Below, one piece after another: positions 9,020-18,416 of a DNA stretch of 64,000 nt (its first letter is position 1; each line of letters begins with the position of its first letter). The DNA is from Candidatus Omnitrophota bacterium (GTDB taxonomy: Bacteria > Omnitrophota > Gorgyraeia > 2-01-FULL-45-10), in the NCBI GenBank assembly GCA_041661345.1, contig JBAZUO010000002.1, forward strand, positions 6,447 through 70,446, given 5' to 3'. The notes beneath the pieces were generated by a model. The model saw only the letters and a program-made list of their open reading frames with translations, ran no database searches and was not told where the DNA came from. A program made the translations under genes and the position numbers.

Positions 9020-9714
9020 AGTTTGGACCATTTACAATATATTCCTACGGCGTGATGGTGGCGATGGGATTCGCCGTCGCGACATTTTTAGCCCATAAAA
9101 GAGCCGCGAGATTCAATATAGACCCCGGTAAGGTTATCGACATAGCGATCATCCTGATAGCCTTCGGGATACTGGGCGCGCGCCTTTTATATGTGCTGTT
9201 GAACCTGTCATTTTATATTGCCAATCCGATCGATATCGTAAAGCTTTCGAATGGCGGGCTCGTCTGGTACGGCGGGTTCATATCGGCCTTTTTCGCGGTC
9301 ATCATATATGTAAGAAAAGCGAAACTGAATTTTTGGGCCGTCGCGGATCTATTTGCCCCGTACGTGGCCCTGGCGCAGGCCTTCGGACGGATCGGTTGTT
9401 TTTTTAATGGATGCTGTTATGGTAAAGACGGTATCCCCGTGCAGATTTATTCTTCCATAGCTCTATTGATAATATTTATCATCTTAAGGGTATGGCAGGA
9501 TAATAAACATTTTGCAGGCGAGATATTCTTGGGTTACTGCGTCCTGTATTCGCTTAAAAGGTTCCTGATGGAATTTTTAAGAGGCGATAATCCGGCCGTT
9601 TTTCACGGGCTTACCCTGTCTCAGGTCATCAGCGTATTTGTATTTTTCTTATCGTCGGCGTATCTAGCATATAAGGCAGTCCAATGGAAAAAGGCTCATT
9701 CAGATTCGAGATAA
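9001..9714 (+). CDS. lgt: prolipoprotein diacylglyceryl transferase
   Basis: YGVMVAMGF, GGLVWYGG, GRIGCFFNGCCYG. Confidence 0.9.
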   Translation: MHPILLKFGPFTIYSYGVMVAMGFAVATFLAHKRAARFNIDPGKVIDIAIILIAFGILGARLLYVLLNLSFYIANPIDIVKLSNGGLVWYGGFISAFFAVIIYVRKAKLNFWAVADLFAPYVALAQAFGRIGCFFNGCCYGKDGIPVQIYSSIALLIIFIILRVWQDNKHFAGEIFLGYCVLYSLKRFLMEFLRGDNPAVFHGLTLSQVISVFVFFLSSAYLAYKAVQWKKAHSDSR

Positions 9715-10595
9715 CCGAGGCCGACAGGCATAAGAGGCTTGATAAATTCCTCGTAGAAAATCTTCCTAGAAGCATTTCCCGTACATTCATACAGAAACTT
9801 ATATCGGACCAGGATGTCACTGTAAGCGGTAAGCCCGCAAAGCGGCATCATAACCTTGCTGTCGGCGAAATAGTGGATGTAAAAATTCCGGAATCGAAAC
9901 CGTCGGTGATCGCGGCGGAAAAGATACCGCTTAATATAGTCTACGAGGACAAGGATCTGCTAGTAGTGAATAAACCGATCAACATGGTTGTTCATCCAGC
10001 CCCGGGTAATTACGAAAATACTCTCGTAAATGCGCTACTGGCTCATTGTAAGGATCTATCGGGTATAGGCGGCGTGCTGAAACCCGGTATAGTTCACAGG
10101 CTTGATAAGGATACCTCGGGCTTGCTGGTTGTGGCCAAGAATGATGAAGCCCATAACGCTCTTGCCGTGCAATTTAAAGATAGGACGACAAAAAGAATTT
10201 ATGTCGCCCTTGTAAAAGGTGTGGTTGAGCTCGATAACGGTGTGGTTGATCTTCCGATAGGCAGGTCCCATTACTCCAGGCTGAAGATGGCGGTAGATTT
10301 TGACAGCACTAAAAATGCTGTTACCAAATATAAAGTGGTAAAGCGTTTCAAGGATTTTACACAGCTCGAGGTGACGTTAGGGACCGGCAGGACCCACCAG
10401 ATAAGGGTCCATATGTCCTATGTAGGGCACCCTATATTGGGCGATGCTAAGTATGGTTCGCGGGGAAAGCTTAAAAGGCCGGCGCTTCACGCGATGATGC
10501 TCGGATTTACGCATCCGAGAACAGGCAAGTTTATGGAATTTACAAGCCCTCTTCCCGACGACATGAGGGCCTTGATAGCAGAAGGCCATTTGTGA
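9684..10595 (+). CDS. rluD: RluA-family 23S rRNA pseudouridine synthase (RluD-like)
   Basis: N-terminal S4 domain (RLDKFL), catalytic HRLDKDTSGLLVVAK, and TGRTHQIRVH. Confidence 0.9.
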   Translation: MEKGSFRFEITEADRHKRLDKFLVENLPRSISRTFIQKLISDQDVTVSGKPAKRHHNLAVGEIVDVKIPESKPSVIAAEKIPLNIVYEDKDLLVVNKPINMVVHPAPGNYENTLVNALLAHCKDLSGIGGVLKPGIVHRLDKDTSGLLVVAKNDEAHNALAVQFKDRTTKRIYVALVKGVVELDNGVVDLPIGRSHYSRLKMAVDFDSTKNAVTKYKVVKRFKDFTQLEVTLGTGRTHQIRVHMSYVGHPILGDAKYGSRGKLKRPALHAMMLGFTHPRTGKFMEFTSPLPDDMRALIAEGHL

Positions 10596-10608
10596 TACCA
10601 TGTAATAT

Positions 10609-11892
10609 ATGAAATCATACAAGATCAAACCGATAAAAAAACTGTCAGGCGATATAATCCTACCCGGAGATAAATCCATATCTCACAGGGCCGTTATGAT
10701 CGGGGCCATATCACAGGGTGAGACGAGTGTAAGAAATCTTCTTGACTGCGATGATTGCAATTATACCATTCGCGCCTTTAGGAATATGGGCATCCAAATT
10801 AAAAACCATAAGGATAGAACTATAATATCGGGCAGAGGCTTGAGAGGCCTGGTTAAACCGAAGAGTTCGATCAATGTCGGCAACTCCGGGACGACGATCA
10901 GGCTTTTGGCCGGAATTTTATCGGGACAAAATTTTGAAACGGTTCTCGAGGGCGATACGTCTCTATCCAATCGCCCAATGACAAGGGTAGCGGCGCCTCT
11001 GCAGGCGATGGGCGCCGACATAAAAGTTGCCACGGGAGGTTATCCGCCGCTTAAGATTAAGGGCGGCGAACTGCATGCGATCGATTACAGGATGCCGGTA
11101 CCGAGCGCCCAGGTGAAGAGCGCGATTTTGTTCGCGGGATTGTACGCGAAAGGGACGACGACGGTCGAAGAGGTATTCAAAAGCCGCGATCACACGGAGC
11201 GTATGCTTAAGTTGTTTGGTTCCAACATAAAGGTAGATGGTCTTAAGGTCTCGGTTACAGGCGGCGGGGAGCTGACAGGTAAGTCGCTCGAGATCCCCGG
11301 TGATATATCAAGCGCAGGCTTCTTCATGGTGCTCGCAACTCTCCTCGAATCTTCCGCAATTAAAATAAGCAACGTATGCATCAATCCAACGCGGGCCGGT
11401 ATTCTGAATATTATGGTGAGGATGGGTGCCAAAGTAAAGATCATTAACAAACGCGACGTCTTTGAACCGATAGGGGATATAGAGGTTAATTCGAGCGGCA
11501 CCAAGGGTATGGTGATCGAGGAAAATGACATCCCGGGCATTATAGACGAGCTTCCTATAATATTCGTCCTCGCGGCGCTTTCAAAAGGCAAGACCGTGAT
11601 ACGCGGCGCCGAAGAATTAAGGGTTAAGGAGACGGATCGTATTACATCGATGAAGATGAATCTCGAAAAGATGGGCGCCAGAATCGAAGTCAGAAAGAAC
11701 GAGATCGTCATAGACGGGGTTAGCGCTCTCAAGGCCTCGAAGACTTTGAGAAGCTACGGCGATCACAGGACGTGCATGGCGATGACGATAGCCGCGCTTA
11801 CCGCGGAAGGCGAAAGCGAGATCGACGATATTGAGTGTGTCAATAAATCATTCCCGGAATTCTTCAAATATCTGGAGAGGCTGGGAAGATAA
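10609..11892 (+). CDS. aroA: 3-phosphoshikimate 1-carboxyvinyltransferase
   Basis: LPGDKSISHRAVMIGA, NSGTTIRLLAGIL, LRVKETDRI. Confidence 0.95.
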   Translation: MKSYKIKPIKKLSGDIILPGDKSISHRAVMIGAISQGETSVRNLLDCDDCNYTIRAFRNMGIQIKNHKDRTIISGRGLRGLVKPKSSINVGNSGTTIRLLAGILSGQNFETVLEGDTSLSNRPMTRVAAPLQAMGADIKVATGGYPPLKIKGGELHAIDYRMPVPSAQVKSAILFAGLYAKGTTTVEEVFKSRDHTERMLKLFGSNIKVDGLKVSVTGGGELTGKSLEIPGDISSAGFFMVLATLLESSAIKISNVCINPTRAGILNIMVRMGAKVKIINKRDVFEPIGDIEVNSSGTKGMVIEENDIPGIIDELPIIFVLAALSKGKTVIRGAEELRVKETDRITSMKMNLEKMGARIEVRKNEIVIDGVSALKASKTLRSYGDHRTCMAMTIAALTAEGESEIDDIECVNKSFPEFFKYLERLGR

Positions 11893-11912
11893 ATTTTTCG
11901 ATAAATTTATGT

Positions 11913-11941
11913 TTGACATTGCCATTATTTTCTGTTAATAT
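11913..11941 (+). promoter_or_regulatory. sigma70-type promoter of the mre operon
   Basis: TTGACA (11913-11918), 17-nt spacer, TAATAT (11936-11941). Confidence 0.6.
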
Positions 11942-11968
11942 CCATAACACTACATTTTAGGAGAGGAC

Positions 11969-13042
11969 ATGAATTTTAAACGGGCTTTCGGCAAAATAAG
12001 CAAATTGTACAACGATGCCTTGGGATTACTCTCCAATGACATGGGCATCGACCTTGGTACCGCAACCACATTAATCTACCTAAAAAATCAGGGAATAGTT
12101 CTGTGTGAACCATCCGTTGTGGCCGTTCAGGCGGGCACAACTACCGTTCTTGCTGTCGGCGAAGAGGCCAAGCGTATGCTTGGAAGAACCCCCGGCAATA
12201 TAGTCGCGATAAGGCCGATGAAGCACGGCGTTATAACAGATTTTGAAATTTCCGAGTCGATGCTGCGTTACTTCATTAAAAAGGTTAATTCCGCCAAGCC
12301 GCTTGTCAGGCCAAGAATAGTCATAGCGATCCCGTCCGGCATAACGGAAGTAGAGAAGAGGGCTGTCAAAGATTCAGCTTTGCATGCCGGTGCAAGAGAA
12401 GTATTTATGATCGAGGAGCCGATGGCCGCCGCGATAGGGGTCGGGTTACCGATACAGGATCCGTCCGGCAATATGATAATAGACATAGGCGGCGGTACCA
12501 CAGAGATGGCGGTCATATCGCTGGCCGGTGTCGTATTTTCGAAATCGGTAAGGGTCGGCGGAGACGAGCTCGACGAAGCGATAATAAATTACCTGAAGAA
12601 GAATTACAATCTTATGATAGGTGAAAGAACGGCCGAGGATATAAAGATAAAGATCGGCTCGGTCTATCCCCTGGAAGAAGAATTGAAGATGGAAGTAAAA
12701 GGCCGCGATCTTGTTGCGGGATTGCCGAAGACGGTGACGGTCACAAGCGAAGAGATAAGAGAGGCGATGAGCGAGCCGGTGGCGCAGATCCTGGAAGCGG
12801 TAAGGATAACGCTTGAGAGGACGCCGCCCGAACTTTCGTCGGACCTGATCGAGAAGGGCATAGTGCTTGCCGGCGGAGGATCGCTTTTAAGGGGCATCGA
12901 CAAACTAATATCGGAAGAGACCGGGTTACCGGCGCACCTGGCGGAAGATCCTATGACCGCCGTGGCGCTTGGGACCGGAAAAGTCTTAAGCGAGATCAAG
13001 TATCTGAGGAAGGTTACGGTATCGCCGAGGCTTGAAAGATAA
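11969..13042 (+). CDS. mreB: rod shape-determining actin homologue MreB
   Basis: [41 protein letters not shown]. Confidence 0.97.
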   Translation: MNFKRAFGKISKLYNDALGLLSNDMGIDLGTATTLIYLKNQGIVLCEPSVVAVQAGTTTVLAVGEEAKRMLGRTPGNIVAIRPMKHGVITDFEISESMLRYFIKKVNSAKPLVRPRIVIAIPSGITEVEKRAVKDSALHAGAREVFMIEEPMAAAIGVGLPIQDPSGNMIIDIGGGTTEMAVISLAGVVFSKSVRVGGDELDEAIINYLKKNYNLMIGERTAEDIKIKIGSVYPLEEELKMEVKGRDLVAGLPKTVTVTSEEIREAMSEPVAQILEAVRITLERTPPELSSDLIEKGIVLAGGGSLLRGIDKLISEETGLPAHLAEDPMTAVALGTGKVLSEIKYLRKVTVSPRLER

Positions 13043-13057
13043 CGTTACGAAATAGAT

Positions 13058-13837
13058 GTGCACACCCCAAACAGCAGAATATTTAAAGCCCTCATAATAA
13101 TATCCGTACTCGCGCTGCTATTAGCAGGTTCCCAAAAGATAACAAGTCATACCAGGATCGGGTTCGTCGATTTCCTTGCCGGATCGATGAAATCTTTTCA
13201 CTCGTTAAACACCTCGCTCGCAAGAATAATTCCATTCGCCTCGCTAAGGGAAGAGAACAGGATCTTACGCGAGCGCATCAACTTACTTAACAGGAAAATA
13301 GATGAGCTTAAGATCCTGTCGGTTGAGAATGACCGCCTTAAGGCATTATTGAATTTCAGAAAGACTATACCATATACAACTATTTCCGCTCAGGTTATCG
13401 GACGGGATCCCGCAAATTGGTCGAACTCGCTTATAATCGATAAAGGATTGTCGGCCGGCATAAGGGAGAACTCCGCTGTGTTTTTTACCCGAGGCCTTAT
13501 AGGCAGGGTCGTGGAGGTGGGAAGATACTCGGCGAGGATACTCCTTATCACGGACCCTAATTCGAGGGTAGGAGTCATGATACAGAGAAACAGGCAGGGC
13601 GGGATACTCGTGGGCAGGCCGGACGGCCGCTGCAAGCTCATCTACATATCCCTGGATTCGGATGTCAGACCGGGCGATAAAGTGATAACGGCGGGATTTG
13701 GCTCCGTATTTCCGAAGGATATCCTTGTGGGGGAAGTCGTTAGAGTCGACAAGGAGCCCGGGAGGCTTTATAAATATGCTATCGTTAAGACGGCTGAAGA
13801 TCTTTCGAAGCTAGAAGAGGTCCTGTGTATAAAATAA
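13058..13837 (+). CDS. mreC: rod shape-determining protein MreC
   Basis: N-terminal TM segment, coiled coil (ENRILRERINLLN), and a beta-domain (VITAGFGSVFPKDILVGEV). GTG start. Confidence 0.85.
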   Translation: MHTPNSRIFKALIIISVLALLLAGSQKITSHTRIGFVDFLAGSMKSFHSLNTSLARIIPFASLREENRILRERINLLNRKIDELKILSVENDRLKALLNFRKTIPYTTISAQVIGRDPANWSNSLIIDKGLSAGIRENSAVFFTRGLIGRVVEVGRYSARILLITDPNSRVGVMIQRNRQGGILVGRPDGRCKLIYISLDSDVRPGDKVITAGFGSVFPKDILVGEVVRVDKEPGRLYKYAIVKTAEDLSKLEEVLCIK

Positions 13838-14337
13838 AAAGGGCTCACGTATATCTGCTGATATTCGCGGCGCTCATCCTTCAGGCGGGAGTTCTAAACC
13901 ACCTAGAGATATTGGGTTCGAAGCCCGACCTGATGACTGCGCTTGTGATATTTTTCGGCTTATTTCTGGGTAGCGGTATGGGGCTGGGGTCCGGGCTATT
14001 GGCGGGTTTTTTGAAAGATATATTTGCGCTCGATTATTTTTGGATGAATACTTTTACGTTGGGCTTAACGGGCCTCGTTGTGGGCGCAATAAGCGCGAAG
14101 TTTTTTAAAGAATCAAAAAGAGCGGAGTTCATTATAGCGCTTGTCTTCACTGCCTTCTTCATGTCACTGCACTATTTTTTTACCCTGCTATTCTCAAAAT
14201 ATCTTGCGATCGGTTATCGGGAATATTTCTTCAGTTCCATTATCCCGGGTAGTATATATACGGGCCTTCTATCGATCCCGCTGTACGCGCTGTTGATCAA
14301 TTCATATAATCTGAAAGAGGTTGATGATTTTATATGA
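13825..14337 (+). CDS. mreD: rod shape-determining protein MreD
   Basis: 170-aa polytopic membrane protein between mreC and mrdA. GTG start. Confidence 0.75.
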   Translation: MYKIKRAHVYLLIFAALILQAGVLNHLEILGSKPDLMTALVIFFGLFLGSGMGLGSGLLAGFLKDIFALDYFWMNTFTLGLTGLVVGAISAKFFKESKRAEFIIALVFTAFFMSLHYFFTLLFSKYLAIGYREYFFSSIIPGSIYTGLLSIPLYALLINSYNLKEVDDFI

Positions 14338-16055
14338 GAGACAGGGTATTGACCACGCTGGTATCCGCGCTTTTTCTGTATATCTTGATCGGACTTTTTT
14401 ACACGCAGATAATACGCTATCCTCACTACTCGAGATTGTCGAAGAATAATTCTATCAGGGTAATTCCGATAGACGGGCCGAGGGGGAATATATTCGACCG
14501 TAACGGGAAGGTGCTCGTAACCAACAGGCTCTCCTTTGATGTCGTTATAGTTTATCGGGAACTGTATAAACGCTCCGGGATAATACGCTTATTGAAAGAC
14601 GTTCTCGGAATGTCCGGAGGCGACATCGCCGAGGCCCTGGAGAAGGCCAGCCTAAGGCCAAACTCGCCTTACACGGTAAAAGGAGATGTCCCCAAGGAAA
14701 AGGCGATCGCGTTTGAAGAAGAAAGCTGCGGTTTGAGCGGCGTGTCGGTTCAGACGCGCTCGAAGCGCAGCTACTTGTATAATAACAGCGGGAGCCATCT
14801 ATTCGGCTATTTAAGCGAGGTAAGTGAGGAGGAGTTGGAGGATCTAAAAGATCTAGGATATCGTCAAAGAGACCTCATAGGCAGATCCGGCCTCGAGAAG
14901 CAGTATAACGATTATTTGAAAGGTGTAGACGGTGGAACGCAGGTAGAAGTGGATAGCCGCGGCCGTCAGGTAAAATCGTTAGGATTGCAGGAACCCGAAA
15001 GCGGTAAGGACTTGTATCTGACGATCGATGTAAGGCTTCAGGCGGTATGCGACAAACTGCTTGGAAGTCGTAATGGTGCTGTAGTCGTGATAAACCCGAA
15101 GAATGGCGAGGTTCTTGCGCTGGCCAGCCATCCCGCGTTCGATCCGAATATCTTTGTCAAGACAGGGACCTCGAGTGAAAGATTCAGGCTGCTAAAAGAT
15201 AGGATCGGCCGGCCCATGTCGAATAGGGCAATATCCGGGCTTTATGCCCCTGGATCCGTATTCAAAATAGTCACGGCATCAGCTGCTCTCGACACAGGAA
15301 AGATAAATCATAACACAAGCTTCGTATGTACGGGAAGTTATAAACTGGGGCGAGGTAAGCTTGACTGTTGGAAGGCCGAAGGTCACGGCCCTCAAAATAT
15401 ACAGAATGGGCTCATGAATTCATGCAATGTGTTCTTTTGTAATATCGGCCGGCTCGCGGGGGTTGATGCCCTGGAATCGTACGCGAAGCTTTATGGTTAC
15501 GGGAAAAAGACCGGGATAGATTTGCCCGATGAGGTTGACGGACTGGCGCCCGGCAGGGCCTGGAAGATGTCGCGTAATAAGGGCAGTTGGTATGAGGGGG
15601 AGACGCTCAACTATGCCATAGGGCAGGGGTACCTAATGGTTACGCCCATCCAGGTTGCGAGGATGACGGCTGTGATCGCGAATAAAGGCTCGCTTGTAAA
15701 ACCTTTTGTGGTAAAACAGATCGACAAGGTTCATATTTCCGCGGAAAAAGAAAAAAATATAGGTCTTAAAGACCGTACGATCGAAGAGATCAGGCGAGGG
15801 CTTTTTGAGGTAATTAATAATGAGTTCGGCACCGGCAAGCGCGCAAAGGCGGAGGGTGTAGCGGCGGCGGGAAAGACCGGGACCGCGCAAAATCCGCAAG
15901 GCAGGACGCATGCATGGTTCACGGGATTTGCCCCGTATGATGACGCGAAATTATGCCTCGTAGTCTTTTTGGAACATGGCGGTAAGGGCGGCGTCGAACC
16001 GGCGAGCATAGCCCGCGGCATATTTGAAGAAGCCAAGCGTATAGGATATTTATGA
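14334..16055 (+). CDS. mrdA: penicillin-binding protein 2 (elongasome transpeptidase)
   Basis: SVFK (SxxK), SCN (SxN) and KTGTA (KTG) motifs. ATGA overlap with mreD. Confidence 0.93.
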   Translation: MRDRVLTTLVSALFLYILIGLFYTQIIRYPHYSRLSKNNSIRVIPIDGPRGNIFDRNGKVLVTNRLSFDVVIVYRELYKRSGIIRLLKDVLGMSGGDIAEALEKASLRPNSPYTVKGDVPKEKAIAFEEESCGLSGVSVQTRSKRSYLYNNSGSHLFGYLSEVSEEELEDLKDLGYRQRDLIGRSGLEKQYNDYLKGVDGGTQVEVDSRGRQVKSLGLQEPESGKDLYLTIDVRLQAVCDKLLGSRNGAVVVINPKNGEVLALASHPAFDPNIFVKTGTSSERFRLLKDRIGRPMSNRAISGLYAPGSVFKIVTASAALDTGKINHNTSFVCTGSYKLGRGKLDCWKAEGHGPQNIQNGLMNSCNVFFCNIGRLAGVDALESYAKLYGYGKKTGIDLPDEVDGLAPGRAWKMSRNKGSWYEGETLNYAIGQGYLMVTPIQVARMTAVIANKGSLVKPFVVKQIDKVHISAEKEKNIGLKDRTIEEIRRGLFEVINNEFGTGKRAKAEGVAAAGKTGTAQNPQGRTHAWFTGFAPYDDAKLCLVVFLEHGGKGGVEPASIARGIFEEAKRIGYL

Positions 16056-17152
16056 TGCAGGCATCAAAGCGTTTAAAAGATTTTGATATAATGCTCATAG
16101 GGATAGCGCTGTTGATATTTGCCATAGGCATTGTAACGATCTACAGCGCGACGATGGCCAGGGGGCTGGCGCTCGGAGAAAGTTTCGTGTTTAGACAGGT
16201 TAATTGGTTTATTATCGGTATCATATTTCTTGCTTTGACGGTAATGGTCTCATACCAGCGTTTTATAGATATCTCGTATATCATATATACCGTGAATGTT
16301 CTAATGCTCGTGCTTGTGTTGCTCCTGGGCCACGCACGACTTGGTGCGCAAAGATGGTTTTCGATAGGAGGTTTCGCGTTTCAGCCGTCCGAGTTCATTA
16401 AGTTTAGCCTGATACTGGCCCTGTCCAATTATGTCGGAGGGAAAAAAGATTCGATGAGGGACCTAAGGGACCTCATCGTCCCGTGCATATTGATTGGTAT
16501 ACCGTTCGTTCTTGTATTGATGCAGCCGGATCTTGGGACGGCGCTCCTTCTTATCCCGATATTCTTTTCGATACTTATCGTTGGCGGCGCGGACCTTAAA
16601 TATTTAGGCTGGATGATCATGATAGGACTTGCGGGCCTGCCGTTTTTTTGGCATTTCCTGCGTGATTATCAGAAACAGAGGCTCCTCGTATTTTTGAATC
16701 CCAGCGTGGATCCGCTGGGCGCGGGATATACTATCATACAGTCCAAGATCGCGGTTGGATCCGGCGGACTGTGGGGTAAAGGATGGCTATGTGGAACGCA
16801 AAATCAGTTGAACTTTCTTCCCGAGAGGCATACGGATTTCATATTTTCTGTTATAGGAGAGGAGTGGGGGTTATTAGGCGCGCTCGCGATCGTATTCCTA
16901 TATTTTCTTATCGTTAGGCGCGCCTTTACGATCACGACGCTTACGAGCGACTTGTATGGTCAATGTATCGCGACAGGCATCGGCATGCTGATAGCGTTTC
17001 AGGTGATAATAAATATCTCGATGACGATCGGGCTCATGCCGGTAGTCGGCATTCCGCTTCCGCTCGTTAGCTACGGCGGTTCAAGTCTCATCGCAACACT
17101 CGTGGCAATAGGACTGCTAGTGAATGTCGAAATGCGTCGGTCAACGTTTTGA
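16052..17152 (+). CDS. rodA: SEDS-family peptidoglycan polymerase RodA
   Basis: FtsW/RodA/SpoVE pattern: FQPSEFIKF, PDLGTA, LPERHTDFIFSVIGEEWG, PLPLVSYGGSS. Confidence 0.93.
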   Translation: MMQASKRLKDFDIMLIGIALLIFAIGIVTIYSATMARGLALGESFVFRQVNWFIIGIIFLALTVMVSYQRFIDISYIIYTVNVLMLVLVLLLGHARLGAQRWFSIGGFAFQPSEFIKFSLILALSNYVGGKKDSMRDLRDLIVPCILIGIPFVLVLMQPDLGTALLLIPIFFSILIVGGADLKYLGWMIMIGLAGLPFFWHFLRDYQKQRLLVFLNPSVDPLGAGYTIIQSKIAVGSGGLWGKGWLCGTQNQLNFLPERHTDFIFSVIGEEWGLLGALAIVFLYFLIVRRAFTITTLTSDLYGQCIATGIGMLIAFQVIINISMTIGLMPVVGIPLPLVSYGGSSLIATLVAIGLLVNVEMRRSTF

Positions 17153-17168
17153 TGGATATCTTACGATT

Positions 17169-18416
17169 ATGTCAAACAAAATCATAAACTGCATTATAAA
17201 TTTATCGATGTTGTTTTTTGTGATTATATTTATTCTTGTGTTTTTTGAAATATTTCTAAGGATCGCATATCCAAGGTACAGGAACGCGGCAGAAGCGCAG
17301 TTTAGTATGAATCAGTCTAGAATTTTTGAAAATCCTAAAAATACAACATTATCTCGGCAGCACCCTGATTCAAAGAAAAAACATTCAGTAATTCATAATT
17401 CCCTGGGATTTAGACAGCACAGAGAATTTTCAAAAAATAAACCGGAAAATGTAATTCGCATTGGTTTTTTTGGAGATTCGTTTGCGGAAAATTTGGCCAT
17501 GGAATCGCAGTTTTCATTTACAGAGCCTCTCGATTACCTTTTAAATAAGACGGGCGGGAAATACGAAGTAATGAACTTTGGGACTAACGGATATGGCACA
17601 GATCAGATATACCTCCAGTATCTACAGGAAGGCGTAGGATTGGGGTTAGATTTCGTATTCTATATTTATTGCAGCAACGATTTACGAAATATTAATGAGA
17701 ATGACTTATTGAAGCTTGATCAACATGGGAATATTCAGGCTCGGCAATACAGTAATAATAGGTTTATCAGTCTCATCAGCAAACTTTGCATAACCTATTT
17801 TGTTCTGGATCATAGCGAACGCCTGAGAAATAGCCTGAAAATATATCAGGAAAAGGAACAAAATAATCAGCAAAAGGAACAAAAGAAAAGATTTCGCAAT
17901 CCAAGATATGTTGCCATACAAATGGATTTTATAAATGGCGTGGTTACCGATGACCTCAATAAGACGTTAAAATTATTTCTTGCAATCCTTTCCGAAATGA
18001 AAAAAATATGTAATGAGCATAATACCAGATTTTATGTAATTACGCTCCCGAAGGAAAAGGAAAACAGTATGTGTGAATTTTTAGTAAAAAATGGATTTAA
18101 CGCGATAGGCCTTTATGACAAATTTAAAAATATTTATCCGGAAGAAAAAAATTATAGATTTATAAATGATGGTCATTGGAATGAGGAAGGGAATAAGTTG
18201 GCTGCAGCATTTCTATTTAGATTTTTAGCAAAAGAATTATCGATCAGATATTCCGGCGAAGAATTTATTGAGCAGTCTTTATTTGAGTATTATAGTTCTT
18301 TTGAGCCGGGTGTAGTAAATAGTTATTTGATAAAAAAACATAATGATTTCCCTCCAGCTTTAAACCATTACGTTGTATCCAGGTATCTTTCCTTGGAGAA
18401 GAGAGACTTCAATTGA
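17169..18416 (+). CDS. membrane-anchored SGNH/GDSL-type hydrolase family protein
   Basis: N-terminal TM segment, then block I GFFGDSF, block III GTNGYGTD, and block V NDGHWNEEG. I prefer ATG 17169 over the track start 17124, which lies inside rodA. Confidence 0.6.
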   Translation: MSNKIINCIINLSMLFFVIIFILVFFEIFLRIAYPRYRNAAEAQFSMNQSRIFENPKNTTLSRQHPDSKKKHSVIHNSLGFRQHREFSKNKPENVIRIGFFGDSFAENLAMESQFSFTEPLDYLLNKTGGKYEVMNFGTNGYGTDQIYLQYLQEGVGLGLDFVFYIYCSNDLRNINENDLLKLDQHGNIQARQYSNNRFISLISKLCITYFVLDHSERLRNSLKIYQEKEQNNQQKEQKKRFRNPRYVAIQMDFINGVVTDDLNKTLKLFLAILSEMKKICNEHNTRFYVITLPKEKENSMCEFLVKNGFNAIGLYDKFKNIYPEEKNYRFINDGHWNEEGNKLAAAFLFRFLAKELSIRYSGEEFIEQSLFEYYSSFEPGVVNSYLIKKHNDFPPALNHYVVSRYLSLEKRDFN

